Shown: in pieces, positions 1-7,931 of the stretch
Numbering within the stretch: the first letter of the stretch is position 1
Layout of the letters: every line of letters starts with the position of its first letter
Origin: a virus
Strand: one strand, 5' to 3'
Length of the DNA: 38,568 bases
Virus record (IMG/VR): IMGVR_UViG_3300045988_147631
Span: 1-38,568 of that record
Made by a program: the position numbers and the translations under genes
The notes under the pieces: generated by a model
Told to the model about the DNA's origin: nothing
What the model saw: the letters and a program-made list of their open reading frames with translations, nothing else
Databases searched by the model: none

Positions 1-99
1 ATAGGAGAAAGATTTACCATTCACTCTGAAAGTAAAAAAGGTGGTAAAGGTAAATATGTTGTAAGAATACCTAAACACCTTAGATGGCTTATGAATGGC
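1..99. repeat. Terminal direct overlap, identical to 38470-38568
   Basis: Base-by-base comparison of both ends gives 99/99 identity. The overlap lies inside a CDS. Confidence 0.95.
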
Positions 100-207
100 T
101 ATATGTATGGTTGGGTTGAAAAAGGCCATTGTATATTATTAAAATCATATGGAAAAGAATGCAGTCAAATAATTATAGATGAGTTTATAGAAGAGAATCA
201 TGTGTAA
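1..207 (+). CDS. Hypothetical protein, 3' part of the ORF that starts at 38419 and crosses the circular junction
   Basis: Open frame 1 from base 1 to TAA at 205-207. Continuous with 38419-38568 through the 99-bp overlap. Confidence 0.6.
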   Translation: MGERFTIHSESKKGGKGKYVVRIPKHLRWLMNGYMYGWVEKGHCILLKSYGKECSQIIIDEFIEENHV

Positions 208-267
208 TTGTATAAAAGATTCTTTCAAAAATTAAATGATTAAAAGGTGAGGAAAGGAGCTTAAAAA

Positions 268-552
268 ATGAAGTTGCATAAATTGAAAATATTACCAAAG
301 TATTATGAAAAAGTTCTATCAGGAGAAAAGACATTTGAAATAAGAAAAGATGATAGAGGGTTTGAAGTTGGAGATAAATTAATACTAAAAGAATATATTC
401 CAGGATATAGAGATTTGACTGGATTTGAAGAAGTAATTATAGATGAAAAGTATACAGGAAGAGAAGTGCAGAAAGAAATATCTTATGTACTCAAAGATGT
501 TGAAGCATATGGATTAAAAAGAGGGTTTTGTATATTAGCAATAAAGGAGTGA
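268..552 (+). CDS. DUF3850/ASCH-like (PUA-fold) small protein
   Basis: N-terminus KLKILPKYYEKVLSGEKTFEIRKDDRGFEVGD matches the remembered DUF3850 pattern. GGAG RBS upstream. Confidence 0.55.
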   Translation: MKLHKLKILPKYYEKVLSGEKTFEIRKDDRGFEVGDKLILKEYIPGYRDLTGFEEVIIDEKYTGREVQKEISYVLKDVEAYGLKRGFCILAIKE

Positions 553-559
553 AACATAA

Positions 560-706
560 ATGTATGTAATAGTTTTTGAAGCATGGAATGGGAAAAGATG
601 CGAGGTAGTTTTTGGTGAAGAAAAGGCTAAAGAAAGATATTGGGAGTTAGATGAAATTTATTCAGAAGTTCATTTGCTGAAAGTAGAAAAAGAAATACCG
701 ATGTAA
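560..706 (+). CDS. Hypothetical protein (48 aa)
   Basis: ATG 8 nt after AAGGAG. Fills the gap between neighbouring genes. Below the ORF-track cutoff. Confidence 0.4.
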   Translation: MYVIVFEAWNGKRCEVVFGEEKAKERYWELDEIYSEVHLLKVEKEIPM

Positions 707-742
707 TTCATAATTCAAAACTATTGCAAAGGAAGTGAAAGT

Positions 743-949
743 ATGAAGAATAAAGTCTTTAGAATATATGTTGATGGTAAATTGAGACTTGTTACTGGTC
801 ATAAGTTGGTAGCAATGAATAATTTTAAAAATTTCACAAGTGAATATGGATTGGATAGAGTAGAAATCAAAGAGCGTGAATCTAATGGATTAAGCAAAGT
901 TGAGTTACAAAATTTAAAAGAAAATATAAAAAAGATTGTAAATAATTAA
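743..949 (+). CDS. Hypothetical protein
   Basis: ORF with a purine-rich RBS (AAGGAAGTGAAAG). Confidence 0.5.
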   Translation: MKNKVFRIYVDGKLRLVTGHKLVAMNNFKNFTSEYGLDRVEIKERESNGLSKVELQNLKENIKKIVNN

Positions 950-985
950 AATATTGAAATAAATACGAAGCAAACGGAGGGTAAA

Positions 986-1243
986 ATGGCACAAGCAATA
1001 AATAACATTATAGGTAAAAAGTTTGGAAGGCTTACTGTTATAAGTTATACAGACAGAAGGGTGTCTAGAGCTGTAGTTTGGAAATGTAAATGTGAATGTG
1101 GAAATATAACTTATATGACACATAGGTGTTTAAAAAGTAGCGTAAGTTGTGGGTGTTATCAGAAGGAGAATTGTAGCAAAGTAGGATTAATCTATAATTC
1201 AGTAGGAAGAGAAGCTTATAAAAATAAAGAAAGAGAGAGGTAA
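986..1243 (+). CDS. Cys-rich putative zinc-binding phage protein (GRLTV...CxCxCG...SCGC motif)
   Basis: KFGRLTVISY...WKCKCECGN...VSCGC pattern. RBS ACGGAGGG. Confidence 0.5.
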   Translation: MAQAINNIIGKKFGRLTVISYTDRRVSRAVVWKCKCECGNITYMTHRCLKSSVSCGCYQKENCSKVGLIYNSVGREAYKNKERER

Positions 1244-1247
1244 TATA

Positions 1248-1499
1248 ATGAAATTAAAAGATACTGTAGAAATGATGAAAAGCTCTGATTATAAAGAAAG
1301 ATTTAGAGCAGAATATTTTCAATTAAAAATTAGAATGGACGGATTAGCTGGTATGTTAATTAAAATGGAAAATAATATGTTAGACTTTATACCACATTGT
1401 AGTTATGACTTGTTAAATGGTCAATTGAAAGCTATGAACCTTTATGCTTCATATTTAGAAGAAAGAGCAGAAATAGAAGATATTGATTTAAATATTTAA
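1248..1499 (+). CDS. Hypothetical small helical phage protein
   Basis: ORF with a GAGAGG RBS. The motif SDYKERFRAEYFQLKIR recalls a conserved small phage family, but I cannot name it with certainty. Confidence 0.5.
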   Translation: MKLKDTVEMMKSSDYKERFRAEYFQLKIRMDGLAGMLIKMENNMLDFIPHCSYDLLNGQLKAMNLYASYLEERAEIEDIDLNI

Positions 1500-1571
1500 T
1501 TTTTCAATTCAAAAATATTACAAGTTAAAAAGAAGTTAATTATGGAAATTAATAAAAAAGGAGAATTAAAT

Positions 1572-1799
1572 ATGGTAAATAGAATTGATTTAACTAAAAG
1601 AGAAGATGGATATATAATAAGCACAGTTAAAAGTTATGATTATAGATATGGGGCTTATGAAACTGCAATAATGTTAGAAGGTTTAGATTGTTGGAATATA
1701 GCTGAAGGATATTCAACAGAAGAAGAAGCAATTAAAGGGCATGAAAAGTATGTGAATATGAGTGCAGATGAAATTGAGAAAATTGTGTGGATTGGTTAG
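1572..1799 (+). CDS. Hypothetical protein
   Basis: The internal ATG at 1572 sits 7 nt after AAAGGAGA. The track start at 1542 lacks an RBS. Confidence 0.5.
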   Translation: MVNRIDLTKREDGYIISTVKSYDYRYGAYETAIMLEGLDCWNIAEGYSTEEEAIKGHEKYVNMSADEIEKIVWIG

Positions 1800-1839
1800 T
1801 GAACAATTTGATTATATTGTGAAATAAGGAGATATAAAA

Positions 1840-1995
1840 ATGAAAGTAAGATGTATAAACAAAAATACTGCTGATTTAACATTTTATAAAGTTTATAGTG
1901 TGATAGATAAAACTATTGACTTTTACGCTATTATTGATGATAGTGGCTACGAGTGGCTATATCATAAATGTGATTTTGAAATAGTTGAAGAATAA
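1840..1995 (+). CDS. Hypothetical protein (51 aa), paralogous to the N-terminus of the 35011 product
   Basis: RBS AAGGAGA. MKVRCINKN...YKVY...FEIVEE resembles MKVRCRNNF...GKIY...FEIVKDD at 35011. Confidence 0.4.
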   Translation: MKVRCINKNTADLTFYKVYSVIDKTIDFYAIIDDSGYEWLYHKCDFEIVEE

Positions 1996-2186
1996 AAAGA
2001 TTTGGAGTGAAAAACTTGCATGAATAGATTGGATCGCATGAAAATAAAGGATTAATACAAGAATATAACATTAAAATTATCAATAATAGATCGCTATGAA
2101 GATAGTTATCTAATATAGTAACAACAATTAAAATGAGTGTGTAAGGGCTTATTTATATGAGATACAGATAAAAAGCAAGGAGAAAA

Positions 2187-2334
2187 ATGAATAGAAAAGA
2201 ACGAAGATTGAAAGAAAAAGAAAAAAAGAGAGAAGATAATAAAAAAGATAGAAGAGCTTAAATTAAAGATTGAACATATAAATTCATGTGAAAATGAAGC
2301 TATAGAAGTTATAGAAAAATTTATGGATATTTAA
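2187..2334 (+). pseudogene. Small coiled-coil ORF split by a 1-nt frame change in A-runs
   Basis: ATG 2187 with RBS AAGGAGA stops at 2259-2261. The +1 frame continues open to TAA 2332-2334. An A7 run lies at 2221-2227 and an A6 run at 2241-2246. Confidence 0.25.
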
Positions 2335-2429
2335 TAAAAAATAGGTAGTGTAGCACCTAGTGGGCATAAGCAGACTACGCCTTACATCATGACTTATGCT
2401 TTGTAATTAATATCAAGGGGGGAATGTAT

Positions 2430-2648
2430 ATGAAAAATAAAATGTTAGAAAAGCATTTGTTTACAACAGTTGGAATGAGTAATTCACTTTTAAAGCAAGC
2501 AGAAGATTTAATGGAGGACATTAGTAAATTAAAAAAAATATATTCTATAGAAGATTTAGAAAAGTCTAGCGAGAAGTTGCTTGAAGTAAGCGAGAAAATT
2601 TGTGAAACAAAAAAAATATTAGATGAGCTGGTTAGAAACAATCAATAA
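2430..2648 (+). CDS. Hypothetical protein
   Basis: The second ATG (2430) is 7 nt after the GGGGGG RBS. The track ATG at 2424 is too close to it. Confidence 0.45.
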   Translation: MKNKMLEKHLFTTVGMSNSLLKQAEDLMEDISKLKKIYSIEDLEKSSEKLLEVSEKICETKKILDELVRNNQ

Positions 2649-2703
2649 GGTTACTAGAGAAATAAATTCACTTATATAAAAAATATATGTAGTAGGGGAG
2701 AAT

Positions 2704-3117
2704 ATGAAAAGAACAATTACTAAGTTAAAAAAATATAAAGAAATAAAGGCAGATATAATACATATAGATTTAGAATTAGAAGAGTTAGAAATAGATATGT
2801 TAGGGATAGGTGGACAAGCAGATGGAGAAAGAACTGGTAAAACATATAAAGTAACTTCACCAGTAGAAAGTCAACTGGAGCATTACTTAGAAAAGAAAGA
2901 GAAGCTATTAATAAGCAAAGGAAGAAAAGAAAGAGAACTGGCTAGGATAGATAATGCTTTATCAGTTTTGAAAGATGAAGAAAGAGATATTATAGAAACT
3001 GTATTAATAAGGGGAGAAAAATATAGTTTGCTGGAGATTAAATATAATAGAACATATACAAGGCTTAAACAGATAGAAAATAAAGCTTTAAGAACAATTA
3101 AAAAATATGTAAGCTAA
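2704..3117 (+). CDS. Late-gene transcriptional activator, ArpU/RinA-like (sigma-70 region-4-like C-terminus)
   Basis: About 137 aa and sited immediately upstream of the packaging genes. C-terminus EERDIIETVLIRGEKYSLLEI...RLKQIENKALRTIKKY is sigma region 4-like. Confidence 0.6.
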   Translation: MKRTITKLKKYKEIKADIIHIDLELEELEIDMLGIGGQADGERTGKTYKVTSPVESQLEHYLEKKEKLLISKGRKERELARIDNALSVLKDEERDIIETVLIRGEKYSLLEIKYNRTYTRLKQIENKALRTIKKYVS

Positions 3118-3118
3118 A

Positions 3119-3196
3119 TAAATTATAGAAAAGTTTAAGAAAAGTTATAGAAATATTTAAGGAAAATTGTAGAAAAATTTTAGAAATATTTAATGT
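3119..3196 (+). repeat. Degenerate tandem repeat with helically phased TAGAAA cores
   Basis: TAGAAA occurs at 3126, 3148, 3170 and 3181 (spacing 22, 22, 11 bp), embedded in related ~22-bp units. Confidence 0.7.
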
Positions 3197-3320
3197 TTTC
3201 TTTAAAAAAAGCTAATATAATAACATCATAGACGTATGTCTGACTGGGTTATTGTCAGGTTAGATTCTCCTATAATGTTTAGTTTTAATTTTCGATAATG
3301 TAATATTTAAAGAGGCAAAG

Positions 3321-3348
3321 GCAACTATGTAAAAGTAGTTGCTTTTTT
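3321..3348 (+). terminator. Weak intrinsic terminator just upstream of the HNH gene
   Basis: GCAACTA (3321-3327) pairs with TAGTTGC (3336-3342), followed by T6. Confidence 0.45.
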
Positions 3349-3370
3349 GTCGTTAAAAGGAGAGAGAGAA

Positions 3371-3802
3371 ATGGCAAGATTAATAAGTTGTAGCGTGTGT
3401 TATAGAGTACATTTGAATACATTCATGTGTGAGAAGAAGATAGCACGCCAAAAGGAATGGGAGAAGAAATATAGAAATAAAAAAGAAAAAGCAAAGCGTG
3501 TAGATAATGCAGTATACAATAGCAGGCGATGGCGTAAGTTAAGGGCACTAGTATTAGAAGAACATAACTATATATGTCTTTATACTTTATTCAAAGAAGG
3601 AAGAATAATCAAAGCTGATTGTGTACATCACATTACAGAAATAATAGATAATGAAGCTTTAGCGTATGAATATAATAATTTGATTTGTTTGTCTACAGAG
3701 AAACACAAATTAATACATGAACTATATCAAGAAGATAAAGAAAAAGTACAAGAAGAATTAAGAGAAATGAACAGAAAATGGCAAGCTGGAGAGAGAGAAT
3801 AG
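3371..3802 (+). CDS. HNH endonuclease (packaging-associated)
   Basis: CxxC...HH...N...H motif (CVHHITEI...NNLICLSTEKHKLIH). ATG 3371 follows AAAGGAGAGAGAGAA. The track TTG at 3347 lies in the terminator T-run. Confidence 0.8.
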   Translation: MARLISCSVCYRVHLNTFMCEKKIARQKEWEKKYRNKKEKAKRVDNAVYNSRRWRKLRALVLEEHNYICLYTLFKEGRIIKADCVHHITEIIDNEALAYEYNNLICLSTEKHKLIHELYQEDKEKVQEELREMNRKWQAGERE

Positions 3803-3924
3803 GTATCCCCCCCTTGGATTATGGGTGGTATGAAGAGCTATGACGTACAGTACATAGAAAGAGGGTAATCTCGCAAAATTTTCGGAAATGGGCTTTTTCA
3901 AAACGGATGAAAGGAGTTGATAAT
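3803..3924. other. Candidate cos region between HNH and terS
   Basis: Relatively G+C-rich non-coding stretch with a C7 run at 3807-3813. HNH/P27-TerS/HK97-type phages place cos here. Confidence 0.3.
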
Positions 3925-4410
3925 TTGGCTAGAACGGCTAAACCAGTTGCTTTATGTGGAGATAGTAAGCTAACTAAGGCAGAAAAAGACGCAAGAATAG
4001 AAGCAGAAGAGAAATACAAAGGTGATGGTGATTTAGTTTATTCGCCGCCAGCAGATTTACTAACAGATAGAGAAAAGAATTTATATTTATTTATAGTAAA
4101 TCAGTTAAGGGGAGCGGGGATTTTAAATAATTTAGATATAGAATTATTAAAATCTACAGTTTTTTGTATTATTAATATGAATGATGCCAACAATGACATC
4201 AGGACGTTTGGGACAACTATAACTGACGAGAATGGAAAGTTATATAAAAATCCAGCAGTTGGTGTATATAAAGATTATCATGCTATGTTTATAAGTAATA
4301 GTATTAGATTAGGAATGTCGCCTGCTGACAGGGCTAAGTTAGCAGTGATTGACGTTAAAAATAAGCAAATAGAAGAAGATCCTTTATTAAAAGCTTTAAA
4401 GGAAAGATAG
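3925..4410 (+). CDS. terS: Terminase small subunit, P27 family
   Basis: ARTAKPV N-terminus and the NPAV...LGMSPADRAKL motif. TTG 3925 is 8 nt after AAAGGAG. The alternative ATG 3907 has no RBS. Confidence 0.8.
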   Translation: MARTAKPVALCGDSKLTKAEKDARIEAEEKYKGDGDLVYSPPADLLTDREKNLYLFIVNQLRGAGILNNLDIELLKSTVFCIINMNDANNDIRTFGTTITDENGKLYKNPAVGVYKDYHAMFISNSIRLGMSPADRAKLAVIDVKNKQIEEDPLLKALKER

Positions 4411-6084
4411 ATGATAAAAGAAAGTAAGGCTTATAAATACGCTAAATGGTGCTATAAAAATGAAGATGGTAAAGTTGGGCGATATGTAAAAAAGCAAGCT
4501 GGCTACTGGATAGATATAGTTGAAGGGAAAGACGATGAAGCTTATATAGATAAAGCAGATTTTAATTTGATTTGTAAAATATTAAAGCTTATGGTCCATC
4601 CTGATACACGGCAAAGTATGTATGATAGTTTAGAAGATTATCAGTGGTTTTTTATTATTGCAGTTTTGTGTACAAGGTCTAAAGAAAATAATAGCAGGTA
4701 TTATGAAACTGGTTTATTAGAGATTTCAAGAAAGAATTTTAAAACTTTCACATCAGCAATAGTATTTATTATTTGCTTAATTATAGAACCGGAGTTCAGC
4801 AGGTTTTTTAGTGTTGCTCCCAATTATAAATTATCTTGTGAGTTAAAGCTTGCAGTAGATAAAATAATTAAATGCAGTCCAGCGCTAAGAAGTAAATTTA
4901 AAATTAACAATGATATTGTTAGGTGTAACATAAATGAAAATGAATATACTCCACTAGCTTATTCAAATGATGGCTTAGACGGTAAATTAGCAGTAGTTTT
5001 TAACATAGATGAAGCTGGTTTGTTGCCTGAATACCCGCTTGAAGCAATGAGATCATCACAGATAACATTAAAAGATAAGCTAGGTATTATAATTAGTACA
5101 CAATATCCCAACGACAACAATGTTTTCTTGACCGAAATCGATATAGCTAAGAAAACATTAGATAGAATGTTAGATAGTAAAAGATACTTTGCTTTACTCT
5201 ATGAGCCTGATGAAGAGATTCGAGTAAATTGGCGTAAAGATGATAATGTAATATATCAATCTAATCCAGTCGCGGTAAAAAATGAAGCAATATTCAATGA
5301 AATAGTAAAAAAAAGAAGACTAGCTATTGAATATGAAAGTAAAAGAGAAAATTATCTTTGTAAACATAACAATATTCAGTATAAGAGCCATGGAGCAGAA
5401 AGTTATGTCAATTCAGAACAAATACAACTTTGTAAATCAGATGAAGAAATAGATTGGGAAGGTAGAGAAGTATATTTAGGCATAGATTTAGCTTCAAGTG
5501 ATGATAATACGGCAGTTTCAATGGTAAGTTATGATTATGAAACTGAAAAAATCTTAGCTAAATCATGGGCTTTTATTCCTGAAGAAAGAGTAGAAGAAAA
5601 ATCTAATAAAGAAAAAGTTAACTATAGCAAGGAAATAGAAAGTGAAAATTGCTTTGCGTGTGGTGAAGATACTATCTCTTACAACTTTGTAAGGGATTTT
5701 ATTTTATCTATAGAAGATAAATACAAAGTTAAAATTGTTGCTATTGGATATGATATTAGAGATATGAACTCTACTAGAGAAGATTTAAAAGAATTTTATG
5801 ATTTAGTAGAAGTTAGGCAACATAGCTCTATATTACATAGCCCTATAAAGTGGCTTCGAGAGAGCATTTTAAATAAAAAATTTGTTTACAATGAAAATAA
5901 ATTATTAGAAATTAATTTTACTAACTGCGTGCAAACTGAAGATACTAACTTAAATAAATATCTTAATAAAAAGCGTAGTAAAGGAAAAATTGATATGGTT
6001 ATGGCTATGGTCAACGCGCTTTATTTACTGCAACAACAAGTTGTAACTGGTGAAGAAGCAGACTGGGCAATTCAAGTTTGTTAG
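4411..6084 (+). CDS. terL: Terminase large subunit
   Basis: 557 aa, follows terS. ATPase-like FNIDEAG motif and a nuclease half with GIDLASSDDNTAV. Confidence 0.9.
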   Translation: MIKESKAYKYAKWCYKNEDGKVGRYVKKQAGYWIDIVEGKDDEAYIDKADFNLICKILKLMVHPDTRQSMYDSLEDYQWFFIIAVLCTRSKENNSRYYETGLLEISRKNFKTFTSAIVFIICLIIEPEFSRFFSVAPNYKLSCELKLAVDKIIKCSPALRSKFKINNDIVRCNINENEYTPLAYSNDGLDGKLAVVFNIDEAGLLPEYPLEAMRSSQITLKDKLGIIISTQYPNDNNVFLTEIDIAKKTLDRMLDSKRYFALLYEPDEEIRVNWRKDDNVIYQSNPVAVKNEAIFNEIVKKRRLAIEYESKRENYLCKHNNIQYKSHGAESYVNSEQIQLCKSDEEIDWEGREVYLGIDLASSDDNTAVSMVSYDYETEKILAKSWAFIPEERVEEKSNKEKVNYSKEIESENCFACGEDTISYNFVRDFILSIEDKYKVKIVAIGYDIRDMNSTREDLKEFYDLVEVRQHSSILHSPIKWLRESILNKKFVYNENKLLEINFTNCVQTEDTNLNKYLNKKRSKGKIDMVMAMVNALYLLQQQVVTGEEADWAIQVC

Positions 6085-6101
6085 AAAGGGGGTGAAGTAA
6101 A

Positions 6102-7358
6102 GTGGGTTTATTTAATTTTAATTTATTTAAAAAGGAAGATAGGTCATTTATGCCAATAAGCGAAAAAGACGATCTAGCCAAAATTTTCGGTTTGGATAGT
6201 GATAAAACTACTATTACTCGTAGCATGGTCATGCAAATACCAGCTTTGAAAGCTGGCATATGTTATATTGCAGACTTAGTAAGTAGCTTAGAAATAAAAC
6301 TATATAAAGAAGTAGATGGTAAAGTTGAAACTATAAGTGATGATTATAGACTAAGACTTTTAAATGATGAAACGGGTGATTTGCTAAATAGCTTTCAAAT
6401 GAAACAATCACTTGTAAGAGATTTTATTCTTGCTGGAAATGGTTATTTGTATATAAATAAAGATGGAAATTTAATTACATCTTTACATTATATTAAACCT
6501 TCGTTGGTAAGTGTAGTTGCTGGCGTTGATCCTATCTTTAAAGATGGTAAGTTATTTGTAAATGGTGCTGAATATGAAAGTTATGATTTTGTAATTTTTG
6601 CTCAAAACACACAAGATGGATTAACGGGAAAAGGTTTGCTAGATGAAAGTAGGGACTTGCTAGAACTTGCTTACAATACTTTAGCATTTGCCAATAATAA
6701 TATTAAAGCGGGCGGAATTAAGAGGGGCGTGGTTAAATCCGCGAAGAAGTTATCAAAGGAGGCTATGGATTTTCTAAAAAAAAGTTGGGGCGAACTCTAC
6801 GATAATACTTCAAACAAAAATAATAAGGTTATTATACTGAATGACGGCTTAGACTTCCAAGAGCTTAGTCAAACTTCAATAGAACTACAAGTATTAGAAA
6901 ATAGAAAAGTCAATGATAATGATATACTTAATTTAATTAAAATTCCATTGAACATTTTAAATGGCACTGCTACAGAACAACAATATAATAATTTTATCAA
7001 GATAACTATAATTCCTATATTAGAGCAACTAGAGAGTGCATTTAATAAAGCGTTATTATTTGAAAGTGAAAAACGAAATAAATATTATTTTGCATTTGAA
7101 ACAAAAGACTTGCTAAAGGGAAGTGCAAAAGAACGTTTTGAAACTTATAAAACTGCTATAGAAGCAGGTGTAATAACTCAAAATGAAGCGAGATTTATGG
7201 AAAACTATGATAGCTTAGAAGGATTAGACAATATTAAGATGTCGCTAGGTCATGTACTTTATAACCCTGTGAACAAAGAGTATTACGTCCCAAACACGGG
7301 ACAAGTAGTCAATGGAAAGGGGGTGAAAGGCTTAAATGAGAATGGAAATAAGGAATAA
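6102..7358 (+). CDS. Portal protein, HK97 family
   Basis: 418 aa, position after terL, portal-like sequence. GTG start after GGGGGTGAAG. Confidence 0.85.
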   Translation: MGLFNFNLFKKEDRSFMPISEKDDLAKIFGLDSDKTTITRSMVMQIPALKAGICYIADLVSSLEIKLYKEVDGKVETISDDYRLRLLNDETGDLLNSFQMKQSLVRDFILAGNGYLYINKDGNLITSLHYIKPSLVSVVAGVDPIFKDGKLFVNGAEYESYDFVIFAQNTQDGLTGKGLLDESRDLLELAYNTLAFANNNIKAGGIKRGVVKSAKKLSKEAMDFLKKSWGELYDNTSNKNNKVIILNDGLDFQELSQTSIELQVLENRKVNDNDILNLIKIPLNILNGTATEQQYNNFIKITIIPILEQLESAFNKALLFESEKRNKYYFAFETKDLLKGSAKERFETYKTAIEAGVITQNEARFMENYDSLEGLDNIKMSLGHVLYNPVNKEYYVPNTGQVVNGKGVKGLNENGNKE

Positions 7359-7929
7359 CTCTATTATATTAGAAGGTTATGTCAATGTAGTAAAAAGAGA
7401 TAGTAGAGTATTATCTAGTATACGAGGTAAGTTCATAGAAACAGTTGAAGAAAGAGCATTTTCAAAGGCTATTTCAAGAGCAAACAATATATTATTATTA
7501 CATAATCATAGAAAAGATAGAGTGCTAGGCTCAATAAAAGAAGGTAACTTAGAACTTAAAGAAGATAGCATAGGACTTCATGCTAAATGTGAAATACGAG
7601 ATTTAGAAGTTATAGAAAAGGCTAAAAAAGGTCAATTAAAAGGCTGGAGCTTTGGGTTTAGTTCTATAAAAGATAGATGGGAAAAACATGAAAGTGGTAT
7701 AGATAGAAGATATTTAGAAGAAATAAATCTATATGAAGTATCTATATTAGACGTAACTCCTGCATATATTGCTACTTCGGTAGAACTGCGAGGAGAAGAA
7801 GCAACTCTAATCGAACAAAGATGTTGTGAAACTGAAATTGAATTAATTGCAAATCAGAAAGTTGAGGATAATAAAGAAAAATTCTCAACTTTTTTTGATG
7901 CTCAAAATTTTATAAAAACAAGGAGATAA
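7336..7929 (+). CDS. Prohead maturation protease, HK97 (S78) family
   Basis: About 197 aa between portal and capsid genes. EGYVNVV...HNH...LGS...GWSFGF pattern. Confidence 0.8.
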   Translation: MRMEIRNNSIILEGYVNVVKRDSRVLSSIRGKFIETVEERAFSKAISRANNILLLHNHRKDRVLGSIKEGNLELKEDSIGLHAKCEIRDLEVIEKAKKGQLKGWSFGFSSIKDRWEKHESGIDRRYLEEINLYEVSILDVTPAYIATSVELRGEEATLIEQRCCETEIELIANQKVEDNKEKFSTFFDAQNFIKTRR

Positions 7930-7931
7930 AT

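Noticed and set aside
2341-2420. Possible tRNA or structured RNA (GGTAGTGTAGCACCTAGTGGGCATAAGCAGACTACGCC... and a GCATAAG/CTTATGC stem)
   Set aside because: I could not fold a cloverleaf. There is no T-loop GTTCRANNC motif and no 7-bp acceptor stem. Only a 7-bp stem with a 22-nt loop remains. I saw no tRNA anywhere in the window.
3119-3196. Possible CRISPR array (also considered for 33578-33698 and 27051-27199)
   Set aside because: The units are 10-33 bp and directly abutting or irregularly spaced, with no unique spacers of 25-40 bp. They are degenerate, and no cas genes are present.
3240-3276. TTGTCA ... TATAAT as a standard sigma-A promoter
   Set aside because: The spacer is only 13 nt by my count. 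I kept only the TATAAT as a possible activator-dependent -10.
3347-3370. Track start codons for several genes: 3347 TTG for HNH, 1542, 2424, 16463, 29209, 32343, 26998
   Set aside because: These upstream starts lack an SD at proper spacing or lie inside a terminator or the preceding gene. Downstream starts with canonical GGAG-type RBS were preferred, so the coordinates were adjusted.
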